A DNA stretch of 64,000 bases from Chromatiales bacterium (GCA_020445605.1 JAGRGH010000006.1:69465-133464); one strand, 5' to 3'; counted from the first letter of the stretch, positions 1 to 9,700 are shown. Made by a program: numbers and translations. The notes: generated by a model not told the origin, from the letters alone.

Positions 1-314
1 ACTGCGTATTCAGCATCCGGCTCCTGCATCACATCGTCGCGCCCGAAGACCGGCTGCGCATCCTGCGTGAATATCATCGCGTGGCACGCCAGAGCGCAAT
101 CGTCTCGCTGTGGGTCGATGGCAGCGTGCAGGCACGGTCGCGACAGAAGCGCGATGCGCGTCGCGCACGCGACGGTTACCAGAACCGACTCGTCATCCCG
201 CGCGCCACGATCGAATCCGAGTTCGCACAATCCGGCTTCGAAATCGTTGCCGCGCTCGACGTGTTGCCGCGCATTTCGATGTGGCGGATGTACGCGCTAC
301 GCAAACGACCGTGA
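1..314 (+). CDS. hypothetical protein, C-terminal fragment (5' end lies outside window)
   Basis: Open frame from window edge (codon phase begins at nt 3) to TGA 312-314; stop overlaps ATG of next gene (ATGA), suggesting translational coupling; no confident family assignment. Confidence 0.4.
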   Translation, partial: CVFSIRLLHHIVAPEDRLRILREYHRVARQSAIVSLWVDGSVQARSRQKRDARRARDGYQNRLVIPRATIESEFAQSGFEIVAALDVLPRISMWRMYALRKRP

Positions 315-1096
315 TGCATGACGGCGAACTTCAGTTCGCAACCGAGTCCTGGCGTGCAGTGTTCGCGAGCGACGGCATCAGAGATTTCGATTCGTTATGG
401 AACCTGGACGGCACGGCCGCCGAACCCGCCAATGAGCGCCGCGGTGGCTGGAGTGGCGTGACGATCATCGAACTCGGTGATCCGCAGGCACCGCAACGCT
501 TCTTTCTGAAGCGACAGCTGAACCACGGCACCCGCAACTGGCGTCACCCGCTGCGTGGCGAACCCACGTTCGCGCGTGAATGGCGCAATATCCGGCGGCT
601 TCTTCAGCTCGGCGTTCCGACCGTCGAACCCGTCGTGTTCGCCAAGCGGCGCGGCCCAGACGGGACACGCGCAATGCTGGTGACGGCCGCGCTGGAAGGC
701 TATCGTCCGCTGGACGAATTCCTTGCCGAGACAGCCGTCTTCAACATGCCGCGCGCAGGCGCGGGCGCGCTGTCGCGGCGCATCGCGCAGGCCGTGGCAC
801 CAATGCATCGTGCACGCATGCGTCATGGCAGCCTCTATCCGAAACATCTGTTCGTGCGTGCAACCGACGCTGCGATGCGCGATTTCGATGTGCGACTGAT
901 CGACCTGGAAAAGGCACGTTCGACACTCACGATCATGAGCGCCGCGCTGCGCGACATCTCCCAGCTCGACCGACACTCGCCCGCCATGCCCCTGAAGCGG
1001 CGGCTGCGCTTCCTGCGCGACTACTGGAATGCACTGGGTATCGGTGGATCGCCGTTCCGCCTGCGCGAAAGGCTCGTCGAACGGGCGTCCAGATAG
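314..1096 (+). CDS. lipopolysaccharide kinase family protein (Kdo kinase/WaaP/InaA-like)
   Basis: ORF 110..1096 trimmed to the ATG at 314 (ATGA overlap with upstream stop); length ~260 aa; protein-kinase-like motifs (…LYPKHLF…DFDVRLIDLEKA…) typical of LPS core kinases. Confidence 0.55.
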   Translation: MHDGELQFATESWRAVFASDGIRDFDSLWNLDGTAAEPANERRGGWSGVTIIELGDPQAPQRFFLKRQLNHGTRNWRHPLRGEPTFAREWRNIRRLLQLGVPTVEPVVFAKRRGPDGTRAMLVTAALEGYRPLDEFLAETAVFNMPRAGAGALSRRIAQAVAPMHRARMRHGSLYPKHLFVRATDAAMRDFDVRLIDLEKARSTLTIMSAALRDISQLDRHSPAMPLKRRLRFLRDYWNALGIGGSPFRLRERLVERASR

Positions 1097-1120
1097 GCTT
1101 CGGTTCGCGCGAAAGCCGGA

Positions 1121-2557
1121 TCAGGACAGTCCGGCATTTCCGCGCACCGCGCCGGCCTGGCCGCGCGGCCAGGTCACCGAGACACGCAGACCGCCAAGCC
1201 CGCTCGTGCCCAGTTCGACCCGACCGCCATGGTGTTCGACGATGCGCCGCACAATCGACAACCCCAGACCGGCGCCGCCGCCGGAACGCCGTTGCAGCCG
1301 GTGAAACCGCGCGAATGCATCGGAGCGTTGATCAGGTTCGATGCCGGGGCCGCTGTCATCCACATGCAACACACCATACGCGCTGCCGTTGCTGACCCGC
1401 ACATGCACGCGCCCGCCGTCCGGTGTGTAGCGCAATGCGTTGTCGACGAGGTTTCGCACCACGACGTTTGCGAGATCCGCATTTGCGCGCACGAATACCG
1501 GATCGTCCGCCGAGCAAACGAGTTCATGTGCTTTGGTGGTCCCATTCGGGTCTGAGTCCATGCAGACAGCGCGCGCGATCGCCGCAAGGTCGATCTCGTG
1601 ATCGCGTTCGATCGTCGTTTCGTCCACCCGTGCCAGTGTCAGCAATTGTTCAACCAGCCGCGCCGTGCGATCAGCCGCATCCTGCAAGCGTTCCAGTGCA
1701 TGATTGCGCTGACTGGCATCGGCCGTGCGTCGGGCCACCTGTGCCTGGGTACGCATCGCCGCCAGCGGCGTGCGGAGTTCATGTGCTGCATCCGCGGTAA
1801 ACCGGCGCTCGCGTTCAAACGCCGCGCCAAGCCTCAGAAACAGGCGGTTCAGCGCTTCGACGAGCGGCCGCACCTCGACCGGCGTGCTTTCGATCGAAAG
1901 TCCGTCCAGCCGATCCGGATCGCGCAGGGCAACCCGCTGTGCAAGCCGGTCGATCGGTTGCAACGCGCGACCGACACCGAACCAGATGAGCAAGGCCATT
2001 GATGGGAGCAGCACAAACAGCGGCCCGATCAGCTGCAACGTAAAGTCGTTGATGAGGTGGCCGCGCACATCCAGGGTTTCGGCCACATGCACGACGATCT
2101 CGTCACCGTCGGTGGCCGTGAATACCCGCCACACCTCGCCAGCATAGTCGCCTTCGGAAAACGCGTTCGGACGACCGGTAAAGCGTTGCGTCGGCGCCGC
2201 CTGCGAACGATAGAACTGCCTCCCGTTTCCGACCTCGATCTGAAAGGCGACCTTGCGACGCAGCTCATGTTCGTCGTCAAACTGTGAGACGAGGTCCTCT
2301 ACAACGGCGACCACCGTCTCACCGGTGCCGCCCGAATGCTCCAGTTCACCACGCTCGTGGGCAATCAGCGACAGCAGCAGTTCGGCAAACTGCACCAGCC
2401 GCGCGTCGAACATCTCGCCAATGTCCTCGCGGGTGTCCCAGAAACTCCACGGAACGAATGCCGCCCAAGCGAGCGTGGTCACGCCTACCAGCCACGCCAG
2501 CAACCGGCGGCGGATGGAATTCACACCGGATACGGTCTTGCGGTCCGTCCGCGTCAC
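1121..2557 (-). CDS. two-component sensor histidine kinase (QseC/PmrB-like)
   Basis: 478-aa ORF; N-terminal TM segments; H-box HELRTPLAAMRTQ; HATPase G-boxes (GGGAGLGLSIV); start overlaps stop of the RR gene by 4 nt. Confidence 0.85.
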   Translation of the reverse strand: MTRTDRKTVSGVNSIRRRLLAWLVGVTTLAWAAFVPWSFWDTREDIGEMFDARLVQFAELLLSLIAHERGELEHSGGTGETVVAVVEDLVSQFDDEHELRRKVAFQIEVGNGRQFYRSQAAPTQRFTGRPNAFSEGDYAGEVWRVFTATDGDEIVVHVAETLDVRGHLINDFTLQLIGPLFVLLPSMALLIWFGVGRALQPIDRLAQRVALRDPDRLDGLSIESTPVEVRPLVEALNRLFLRLGAAFERERRFTADAAHELRTPLAAMRTQAQVARRTADASQRNHALERLQDAADRTARLVEQLLTLARVDETTIERDHEIDLAAIARAVCMDSDPNGTTKAHELVCSADDPVFVRANADLANVVVRNLVDNALRYTPDGGRVHVRVSNGSAYGVLHVDDSGPGIEPDQRSDAFARFHRLQRRSGGGAGLGLSIVRRIVEHHGGRVELGTSGLGGLRVSVTWPRGQAGAVRGNAGLS

Positions 2558-3219
2558 GCGTGCGCGCTGTCGATCACGTAGCCCAGACCACGCTCGGTGC
2601 GGATCAGATCCCGCCCCAGCTTGCGACGCAGATAGTGCACGTAGACCTCGACGGCGTTGCTTTCGATCTCACCGCCCCATTCATACAGAACGTCCTCGAT
2701 CTGTGCACGCGAAACCACCCGGCCGACCCGCTCGAGCAGCACGCGCAATACATCGAATTCGCGCGGCGTCAATGCGACATCGCGGTTGCCCAGGCTGACC
2801 CGCCGTGCGGCCGGATCGAGCGCAACCTCGCCGTGGCGCAGCACCGGCTCGGCATGTCCCAGCCGGCGGCGATGCAACGCACGAATGCGCGCCAGCAGTT
2901 CGTCCAGATCGAACGGCTTGGAAAGGTAGTCGTCCGCGCCACGATCCAGGCCCCAGATACGATCGCGCACCTCGCCACGCGCTGTCAGGACGAGAACCGG
3001 CGTTTCCTTTCCGGCGCGGCGCCACGCCACGAGCCGCTCCAGCCCGTCCCCGTCGGGCAGGCCACGGTCAAGGATCACGGCATCGAATTCGTTGGCCGCC
3101 AGCGCCGCGTCGCCCTGCCGACCCGTGTGGCACCATTCCACGCGCTCGCCGGCGAGGCGCAGACCGGCCACGATGCCATCGCCAAGCAGTTCGTCGTCCT
3201 CAATCAACAGAATTCGCAT
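2554..3219 (-). CDS. OmpR-family DNA-binding response regulator
   Basis: ORF 2554..3291 trimmed to MRILLIEDDELL (ATG at 3219); receiver Asp plus winged-helix C-terminus (…LTPREFDVLRVLLERVGRVVSR…GYVI). Confidence 0.85.
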   Translation of the reverse strand: MRILLIEDDELLGDGIVAGLRLAGERVEWCHTGRQGDAALAANEFDAVILDRGLPDGDGLERLVAWRRAGKETPVLVLTARGEVRDRIWGLDRGADDYLSKPFDLDELLARIRALHRRRLGHAEPVLRHGEVALDPAARRVSLGNRDVALTPREFDVLRVLLERVGRVVSRAQIEDVLYEWGGEIESNAVEVYVHYLRRKLGRDLIRTERGLGYVIDSAHA

Positions 3220-3366
3220 CGCACTTTGCCCTGACAAAAAACGCAGCAGCCGGCAGCCGATGTACCCCCCGGGGAGGCCATCGTCCGCCACTGTCGCAGT
3301 TTCGATCGGCGGCCTTAGGCCCAGCTTAAGAAATATGGAGATTTTGTGTGGTTTTTGTGCGGCGCG
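3220..3366 (-). promoter_or_regulatory. intergenic region expected to hold the promoter of the RR–HK operon
   Basis: 147-bp non-coding gap immediately upstream of the RR start, relatively AT-rich (ttaagaaatatggagattttgtgtggtttttgtg); no specific -35/-10 assigned. Confidence 0.3.
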
Positions 3367-4281
3367 TCACAATCCAATCGCGGAATCCACCGTCGAAGGC
3401 CTCCGCAAATGCGTGTGCAGGAATCCATAGACCCGCTCCGCATAGTCCGGACCGGCGAATCTCGCCAGGTCTACATGCCCGGCACCGGGCACCAGCCAGA
3501 GTTCCTTGGGCTCATTGGCGCGCTCGTGGAGTCGGCGGGTTTCCGCGGCCGTGGTGTGGCGATCTTCCTGGCCGGAAACCACCAATGCCGGCATGCGCCA
3601 GCGTTCGATCCGGTCGATCGGGCGAAGTTGATCGGCGCCGATGCCCAGCCGCGCGGGCAGCTGCCAGAGCAGCGCCGGCGCAAGCAGCGAACCCAACGGG
3701 CCAAATCGGATCTTCAGGCGGTTATCGACCGCCTCGCCGATGGTCGGATACAGGGCTTCCAGGACGACTGCGTCGGGCGCGCGCTCCCAGTGCGAGAACA
3801 GCAGCGCTGCCGCGCCAAGCGAAGCGCCGATCACGCCGACCCGTTCGCCGGGAAATTCCGCCTCGATGAACCGCGCGGCGGCCTCGACGCCGCGCGCCTC
3901 ATGCCAGCCGAAGCTGATCCGCGCGCCGTCACTCTCGCCATGCGCGGGCAGATCGATCAGTACGACGCCGAAACCCTGATCCCGCAGTGCAATGGCTCGG
4001 GCGGTCATCTGTCGGCGATCGCTGCGCACGCCGTGCAACAGCAACACCACCCCACCTCCGGATTCGCCGCGCGCGAACCAGCCGGCGACGGCCCCGCCAC
4101 CTTCCGCAGTCAGGGCAACCCGCCTTGCCGACAATGCGGCGGGCGGCGGCCCAACCGTCAGTTGCACCGGGCGAGCGAGGTATTCACCGGCGGCGAGGAC
4201 CGCCGCGATGCCAAGGATGGCGACAACGAGAATTGCGCTGAACCCGAAACGCCACCACCGGCCCGGCGCCTTGAGCCGCAT
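3367..4281 (-). CDS. membrane-anchored alpha/beta hydrolase
   Basis: ORF trimmed to MRLKAPGRWW; N-terminal TM; nucleophile-elbow motif GASLGAAA (G-x-S-x-G), HG(V/E)S region; ~305 aa. Confidence 0.7.
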   Translation of the reverse strand: MRLKAPGRWWRFGFSAILVVAILGIAAVLAAGEYLARPVQLTVGPPPAALSARRVALTAEGGGAVAGWFARGESGGGVVLLLHGVRSDRRQMTARAIALRDQGFGVVLIDLPAHGESDGARISFGWHEARGVEAAARFIEAEFPGERVGVIGASLGAAALLFSHWERAPDAVVLEALYPTIGEAVDNRLKIRFGPLGSLLAPALLWQLPARLGIGADQLRPIDRIERWRMPALVVSGQEDRHTTAAETRRLHERANEPKELWLVPGAGHVDLARFAGPDYAERVYGFLHTHLRRPSTVDSAIGL

Positions 4282-4356
4282 GGAATCACGCCCACGCAAT
4301 CGGTCGCAATGCACGGATCCTGTGGGCGATCGGCAGCCGCTGGTTCGCGGACGGGC

Positions 4357-4758
4357 TCAGAACCGAATCACCGACTCGACTCCGACATACTCGGCAGATT
4401 TCTCGTGCACGACGACGGGGTGGAGAATCCATTTGTCGGTCACGAACGCGCCTATTGCCGAACCGGCCGCATGGGAGAACATGTCCAGTGCCGAGGTTCC
4501 GGTCGTGACCAACTCGCCGATCACGCCCAGCGCGCTGCTGAGCCCGAAGCCGATCCATGCACGATTCTTGCGCGAGACCTCATACTGGTCAGCGATATAG
4601 GTAATCCCACCGGCAAGCAACGCACCGCCACCGGCATGCGAAAGTTCACTGGACCAACCGTCGTAGGCCTGCACGGGTTCGGCAACCGCGGCGATCAAGC
4701 CGACGAGAATGTAAGCGATGACGATCTTGTGCCGGCAAGCGGACTGAGAGGCGTTCAC
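4357..4758 (-). CDS. hypothetical small membrane/exported protein
   Basis: 133-aa ORF with N-terminal hydrophobic segment; strong RBS ggaggttaaaa 5 nt upstream of the ATG at 4758; Gly/Ser/Ala-rich. Confidence 0.45.
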   Translation of the reverse strand: MNASQSACRHKIVIAYILVGLIAAVAEPVQAYDGWSSELSHAGGGALLAGGITYIADQYEVSRKNRAWIGFGLSSALGVIGELVTTGTSALDMFSHAAGSAIGAFVTDKWILHPVVVHEKSAEYVGVESVIRF

Positions 4759-4922
4759 TTTTAACCTCCGGTTTCACGGCGCAGTGTTCATTGCGGGGAC
4801 GCGGCAGTAGTTGATCGAAATGCCGGGCCAGAACGACCTTTCCCAAAAGTATAGGGCGGTGCGGTCGTCTGCGGCTTAAGTGACTTTAATCCGGGAGACC
4901 GGCCCCATGAGTTGGGCCCGTG

Positions 4923-6299
4923 TCAATCGCGCGGAAAGCGGACGCGCACGATCAGGCCCGGCGCGTTGTCGTCGAGTGTCAGCTCGGCCTGATGCAGGCG
5001 CACGGCGGCGCGAACCAGACTCAGACCGAGGCCGTTGCCGTCGGTGCCGCGCGACGCATCGAGCCGCACGAAGCGTTCGAACACGCGCTCGCGCTCCTCG
5101 GCCGGTATGCCCGGACCGGAATCGGCGACGGTGAGTTCAACGGCATTGCGCCGGCCGCGCACGGCGACGTCGATCACGCCATCGACCGGCGTGTATTTGA
5201 TCGCGTTGTCGATCAGGTTGCCGATGACCGGCGCAAGCAGATCACGACTGCCGACGATGCGCGTATCGCCTTCCATCTCGAGCCGCAGGTCCTGACCGCG
5301 CTCCTCGGCCAGCGGTCGGTACAGATCGACAAGATCGTCCACGATACTGCGCAGATCGATCTCGTCCCACTCACTGCGATGATTGCCGGCCTCGACCTGG
5401 GCAATGCTGAGAAGCGCGTTGAAGGTCTGGATCAAACCGGCGGCGTCCTCGATGGCGCGCTCCAGTTCCTCGCGGTATTCGGCTTCGCTGCGCGGTTCGA
5501 GCAGGGCGACCTCGAGCCGGTTGCGCAACCGCGTCAACGGTGTGCGCAGATCGTGCGCGATGTTGTCGGTGACCGTGCGAATGCCGCGCACCAGCTGCTG
5601 GATGCGTTCGAGCATCGAATTGAGGCGCCGGGCCAGGTTGTCGAACTCGTCGTTGCGTACGGACACCGGCACCCGGCGGCCAAGGTCGCCGGCCATGATG
5701 CTCGCCGCCGTGCGGTCTATCGAACGCATGCGCCTTTCGAACGCCAGTGCCAGCGTGATCCCCATCAGCAGCATAAGCGGTATCCCCATGGCCATGCCTT
5801 CGATGAGAACGTCCGCGGCTTCACGCAGGCCCTCGGCCTGTTCGACGGGTTGCGCGACGAGCACGCGGCTGCCATCGGCGAATGCGCCACTGATGGCCGG
5901 CCAGTACGCTTGGTCTTCGATCACACCCGGCAGGTCCTCCTCGTCGATCCAGACCTGGTGCACGCGAGAGTCGGGCTCGATATCGGCCTCGCCCGGCCAG
6001 CGCACGAAACTGCCGGCAATCCATTCAGCCTCGGCATCGACGAGCGCGAAGTACTGGCCTTCCTCCGCCTCGGCTTTCTCGTGCCGCGCAAGTCTCGCGG
6101 ACACGGCTGCATGCCCGCCCTGTCGATACGCGGCATCCAGATCGCCAAGCGTGTTGACCAGCGCTGCGGTGACCGCGTCATCCACTCCGCGCCCGGCATA
6201 CCAGACGGTTGCGCCAAGCAGCACCGCGGCCGCGATCGCGTAGATCAGCGTGTATTTGAGCGCGAGACGCAGCGCGCTGCTGCGCAGCAGGCTACGCAT
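4923..6299 (-). CDS. two-component sensor histidine kinase with HAMP domain (BaeS/CpxA-like)
   Basis: 458 aa; 2 TM plus periplasmic loop; HAMP; H-box HDLRTPLTRLRNR; HATPase (GNGLGLSLVRAAV); start overlaps RR stop by 8 nt. Confidence 0.85.
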   Translation of the reverse strand: MRSLLRSSALRLALKYTLIYAIAAAVLLGATVWYAGRGVDDAVTAALVNTLGDLDAAYRQGGHAAVSARLARHEKAEAEEGQYFALVDAEAEWIAGSFVRWPGEADIEPDSRVHQVWIDEEDLPGVIEDQAYWPAISGAFADGSRVLVAQPVEQAEGLREAADVLIEGMAMGIPLMLLMGITLALAFERRMRSIDRTAASIMAGDLGRRVPVSVRNDEFDNLARRLNSMLERIQQLVRGIRTVTDNIAHDLRTPLTRLRNRLEVALLEPRSEAEYREELERAIEDAAGLIQTFNALLSIAQVEAGNHRSEWDEIDLRSIVDDLVDLYRPLAEERGQDLRLEMEGDTRIVGSRDLLAPVIGNLIDNAIKYTPVDGVIDVAVRGRRNAVELTVADSGPGIPAEERERVFERFVRLDASRGTDGNGLGLSLVRAAVRLHQAELTLDDNAPGLIVRVRFPRD

Positions 6300-6969
6300 T
6301 CGTGCCCAGGCGATAGCCTGCTCCGCGCACCGTATGCAGAAGTGGACTGTCGAATCCGCGATCGATCTTCGAACGCAGCCGGCTGACCTGCACGTCGATC
6401 ACATTGGTCTGAGGATCGAAACTGAAATCCCAGACGTTTTCCAGCAACATCGTGCGCGTCACGACACGACCGGCCTGACGCATGAGGTATTCCAGCAAAC
6501 GGTACTCGCGCGGCTGTAAGCGAATCGCACGGTCCCCGCGCCGCGCGGTCTGCATGCGCAGATCGAGCTCCAGGTCGCCGACGTGCAGGCGTTCGGTCGT
6601 CGTATCCGGCTGGGCACGCCGTGCCAGTGCGTCGATGCGCGCCAGCAGTTCTGAAAACGCGTACGGCTTGACCAGATAATCGTCCCCTCCGGCGCGCAGA
6701 CCGGCGACACGATCATCCACCTCGCCGAGCGCCGACAACACCAGCACCGGTGTCTGGTTGGCATCGGCCCGCAGCATGCGCACGATCGCAAGCCCGTCAC
6801 GCTTCGGCAGCATGCGGTCACAGATGATGACGTCGTAACTCCCGGTCAACGCGAGGTGCAGACCGTCATCGCCATCCTTCGCGTGATCGACGACATGACC
6901 CGACTCGCCAAGCCCCTTGACCAGGTACTCGGCCGCGCGCAGGTCGTCTTCGATCAGTAAAAGATGCAT
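6292..6969 (-). CDS. OmpR-family DNA-binding response regulator
   Basis: 225 aa, MHLLLIEDDLR… receiver plus winged-helix (LQPREYRLLEYLMRQAGRVVTR…GAGYRL). Confidence 0.85.
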   Translation of the reverse strand: MHLLLIEDDLRAAEYLVKGLGESGHVVDHAKDGDDGLHLALTGSYDVIICDRMLPKRDGLAIVRMLRADANQTPVLVLSALGEVDDRVAGLRAGGDDYLVKPYAFSELLARIDALARRAQPDTTTERLHVGDLELDLRMQTARRGDRAIRLQPREYRLLEYLMRQAGRVVTRTMLLENVWDFSFDPQTNVIDVQVSRLRSKIDRGFDSPLLHTVRGAGYRLGTNA

Positions 6970-7124
6970 GCCTACAGCATAGCGATTCGGATCGCCGCCG
7001 ACATTACGGTGCGGTAATGTTCGGGCAAGCGCATGGCAATGCGCGGTGTGAAGAATTGATCACGAGCCTGGGCAACCGCATCGACCCCGGCTCGACCCGA
7101 TTCAGTCACATGAGGAACCGTGTC

Positions 7125-8144
7125 ATGAAACCGCTTCAACGCACCACGCTCGGCTGTGCACTCGTCGCCGCCGGCCTGCTCATCGCCATCCCGCCCGCAT
7201 TCGCCGACGGCATCTGTACTTCCACGGCCAAGCTGCAACTGAAGGCCTGCAAGGAGGACGCCAAGGACGATTACTATCTCACGCGCGCGCAGTGCGAAAA
7301 TCTCGCCGACCCAGCTGCACACGCCGAGTGCGTGGCCGACTCCAAGCCCGAGCGGGACGCTGCGATCGACGAATGCCGTGTGCAGTATTTCTCCCGCCTG
7401 GACCTCTGCGGACTGGTCGGCGAGAACGCCTACGATCCACAGATCGATCCGGCGAACTTCGTCGATCCGCTCGCGATTGGCGACACCGTCGAGCCGAATC
7501 CGTATTTCCCGCTGACCCCAGGCTGGACGCGCGTCTACGAGGCTGGTGACGAGACCATCGTCGTGACCAACACCTATGAAACGGTCGAGATTCTCGGCGT
7601 GACCTGTCTCGTCGTGCGTGACACGGTGAGCGAGGACGGCGAACTCGTCGAAGACACCACCGATTGGTTCGCACAGCACATCGACGGCAGCGTCTGGTAC
7701 TTCGGCGAGATCGCGCGCAACTTCGAGGACGGCGAGCTGACCGATCTCGACGGTTCGTTCAAGGCCGGTGTCGACGGCGCCAAGGCCGGCATCGTCATGC
7801 AGGCCATGCCGATGGCCGGCGTGAGCTATCGCGAGGAATGGGCGCTCGGCGATGCCGAGGATGCCGCAACGGTGATCAGCACCGCGGCATCGGAGAGCTC
7901 GCCGTTCGTCGACTGCGTCGGCGACTGTGTGCAGACCTCGAACTTCACCCCGCTCGAACCGGGCATCTTCGAGAGCAAGTTCTATGCGCCGGGTATTGGC
8001 GTCATCGTCGGCTACAACGACGCCGAGACCGAGGATCGCGAGGAACTCGTCGACCGCTTCTTCACCGAACCCGAGGCCGATGAAGAAGAAGACCAGGAGG
8101 AAGGCGAGGATGACGACGACGAGGAAGACGAAGAGGACGATTGA
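7125..8144 (+). CDS. secreted Cys-rich protein with poly-Asp/Glu C-terminal tail (hypothetical)
   Basis: ORF 7017..8144 trimmed to ATG 7125 preceded by gaggaa RBS; signal peptide MKPLQRTTLGCALVAAGLLIAIPPAFA; 9 Cys; C-terminal ~35 residues almost exclusively D/E; divergent from the TCS at 4923-6969. Confidence 0.6.
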   Translation: MKPLQRTTLGCALVAAGLLIAIPPAFADGICTSTAKLQLKACKEDAKDDYYLTRAQCENLADPAAHAECVADSKPERDAAIDECRVQYFSRLDLCGLVGENAYDPQIDPANFVDPLAIGDTVEPNPYFPLTPGWTRVYEAGDETIVVTNTYETVEILGVTCLVVRDTVSEDGELVEDTTDWFAQHIDGSVWYFGEIARNFEDGELTDLDGSFKAGVDGAKAGIVMQAMPMAGVSYREEWALGDAEDAATVISTAASESSPFVDCVGDCVQTSNFTPLEPGIFESKFYAPGIGVIVGYNDAETEDREELVDRFFTEPEADEEEDQEEGEDDDDEEDEEDD

Positions 8145-8170
8145 TTCCCGTACCGATTCGTGAATCGTCA

Positions 8171-8187
8171 CGGCACAGGGAAGTGCC
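8171..8187 (+). promoter_or_regulatory. solo copy of palindrome CGGCACAGGGAAGTGCC (GGCAC-N6-GTGCC)
   Basis: Same 17-nt palindromic motif as at 8415-8431 and 55151-55167 (cggcacGgggaagtgcc); candidate operator. Confidence 0.3.
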
Positions 8188-8414
8188 CCATCCGACGTCC
8201 CCCCACAGCATCAGTCATCAAATGCCACGGCAATGTCCGAGACCGCCGTCCCCACAGACAGCACTCTCTCGACGCGCCAGGGCCCTACCAATCTCCCGCA
8301 TCGGCCTGTGTCCGCCCCTTCCGGACGCAGGCCATTTTTTCGTTTCCACGGGCCTGTACATGCACAACCCCACGCGACAACCTAAGGAAACTCTGAACAA
8401 TTCAGAGTTTCCCG

Positions 8415-8535
8415 CGGCACAGGGAAGTGCCGCCATTTTCAACGGACGTAAGACGTTGAAAATGAGAGAAAGCGAAAAATGACACTTTTTCGGTTTCGCT
8501 GCTCTGGCAATCCGGGACGGATTGATCAGAGCTTC
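8415..8535 (+). repeat. ~120-bp structured extragenic element, family A copy 1 (immediately upstream of OMP gene)
   Basis: Aligns along its length with 55151-55271: GGCAC-N6-GTGCC palindrome, hairpin ttttcaacg…cgttgaaaa, hairpin cgaaaaa…tttttcg, shared 3' end tggcaatcc…ggattgatcagagcttc; ends 15 nt before the ATG at 8550. Confidence 0.5.
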
Positions 8536-8549
8536 GCTAAAGTATCTGC

Positions 8550-9662
8550 ATGAAACAACCCTTCGAGACGCCGTTCCGGGCAAGACCGACACGCACGCTG
8601 TACGCAGCCGCGGCGGCATTGCTCTGGATGATCGCGAACGCGACGCACGCGAACGATGAGCCGGGCAGCGAACCGCAGCGGTTCTACCGCACGCCGCAGG
8701 AACGCCGCGAGGCCGGCATACGCCATGAGATCTACGACTGGCTCACGGTCACGGCACTGGTTGAATTCGAGACCGAACGACGCCGCACAAGCACCGACAA
8801 TCCGCACGGTCATGTGCGCGAACAGGACAACGGTCAGTCGCTGCAGATTGCCGCCGAGATCACGCCGGCGGAATGGCTCGAAGCCGAGGTCGTTTACGAA
8901 TATGACCCGGACCTCGGTCGCCATGGCATCGACGAGGCGGTCGTGGCCCTGCTCGGCGGGCCGTTCGAACTCAGCGCCGGCAAACAGGACACCGCGCTCA
9001 GCGAGTTCTACAGCCACTTCATCATCGGCCCGGTGTTGGAGTTCGGCGAGACCGTCGCGCCTGGCGTGGCACTGAGCTGGAAACCGGCGGCTGGCACCGA
9101 GTTGACGCTGTTCGGCTATCGCGGTGAAGCGCGTCGCGAAGGCGGCGGCCGACATGGCCGCGACGACTGGGGCCTGGCGTTCGTCGCCGAGCCGTTCGAC
9201 GGCGTGACGCTGGGGCTCGGCTATCAGTCCGATCTGGCGGATTCCGACGCCGGCTTCTACGCCGACGAAGGCGACCGTTATCCGCGCCGGGTCGATGTGG
9301 CCGCCGCGCACCTGCTCGTGGAATTCGACGCCTTCGAGATCAGCGCCGAATTCGTCCGGGCACTCGACCGGCTGGCGGACTTCGACGACGACCGCAACCA
9401 ACCGCGCGCCTGGAACGTCGAACTTGCGTGGTTCGCCACGCCGCAGCTGTCACTGGCGCTGCGTGCCGAAGGCAGCGCGGAGATCGAGGACGAACCGCGA
9501 CGGCGGTTCGGGGTCGGTCTGAGCTGGCTTGCCAGCGAACGCGTCAGCGCACGCGTGGAATTCATGCGCGGGCGCTTTCGCCGTGGCCTGGCACAGACCG
9601 ACGAGGACGCGGACCTGCGCACCAGCCATGAACTCGCGGCACAGATCAGCATCGCGCTTTAG
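8550..9662 (+). CDS. putative outer-membrane beta-barrel (porin-like) protein
   Basis: 370 aa; signal peptide ending …ANATHA; alternating amphipathic beta-strand pattern, abundant Asp/Gly/Tyr/Phe turns; no family assigned. Confidence 0.5.
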   Translation: MKQPFETPFRARPTRTLYAAAAALLWMIANATHANDEPGSEPQRFYRTPQERREAGIRHEIYDWLTVTALVEFETERRRTSTDNPHGHVREQDNGQSLQIAAEITPAEWLEAEVVYEYDPDLGRHGIDEAVVALLGGPFELSAGKQDTALSEFYSHFIIGPVLEFGETVAPGVALSWKPAAGTELTLFGYRGEARREGGGRHGRDDWGLAFVAEPFDGVTLGLGYQSDLADSDAGFYADEGDRYPRRVDVAAAHLLVEFDAFEISAEFVRALDRLADFDDDRNQPRAWNVELAWFATPQLSLALRAEGSAEIEDEPRRRFGVGLSWLASERVSARVEFMRGRFRRGLAQTDEDADLRTSHELAAQISIAL

Positions 9663-9700
9663 CGAGCGGTTGTGATCGAGAGACAGGAATACCTTGGACG

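Noticed and set aside
110-313. N-terminal extension of the LPS-kinase ORF
   Set aside because: Would overlap the upstream gene in another frame. The ATG at 314 overlapping the upstream TGA gives a normal-length protein.
4920-6386. 488-aa plus-strand ORF
   Set aside because: Entirely antisense to a well-supported histidine-kinase gene; low-complexity Arg/Ala-rich translation typical of high-GC shadow frames.
6972-8171. 399-aa minus-strand ORF
   Set aside because: Antisense shadow of the secreted-protein gene; no motifs.
8415-8431. GGCAC…GTGCC considered as a sigma-54 (-24/-12) promoter
   Set aside because: The -12 element TTGC(A/T) is absent and spacing is wrong. Better described as a symmetric palindrome.
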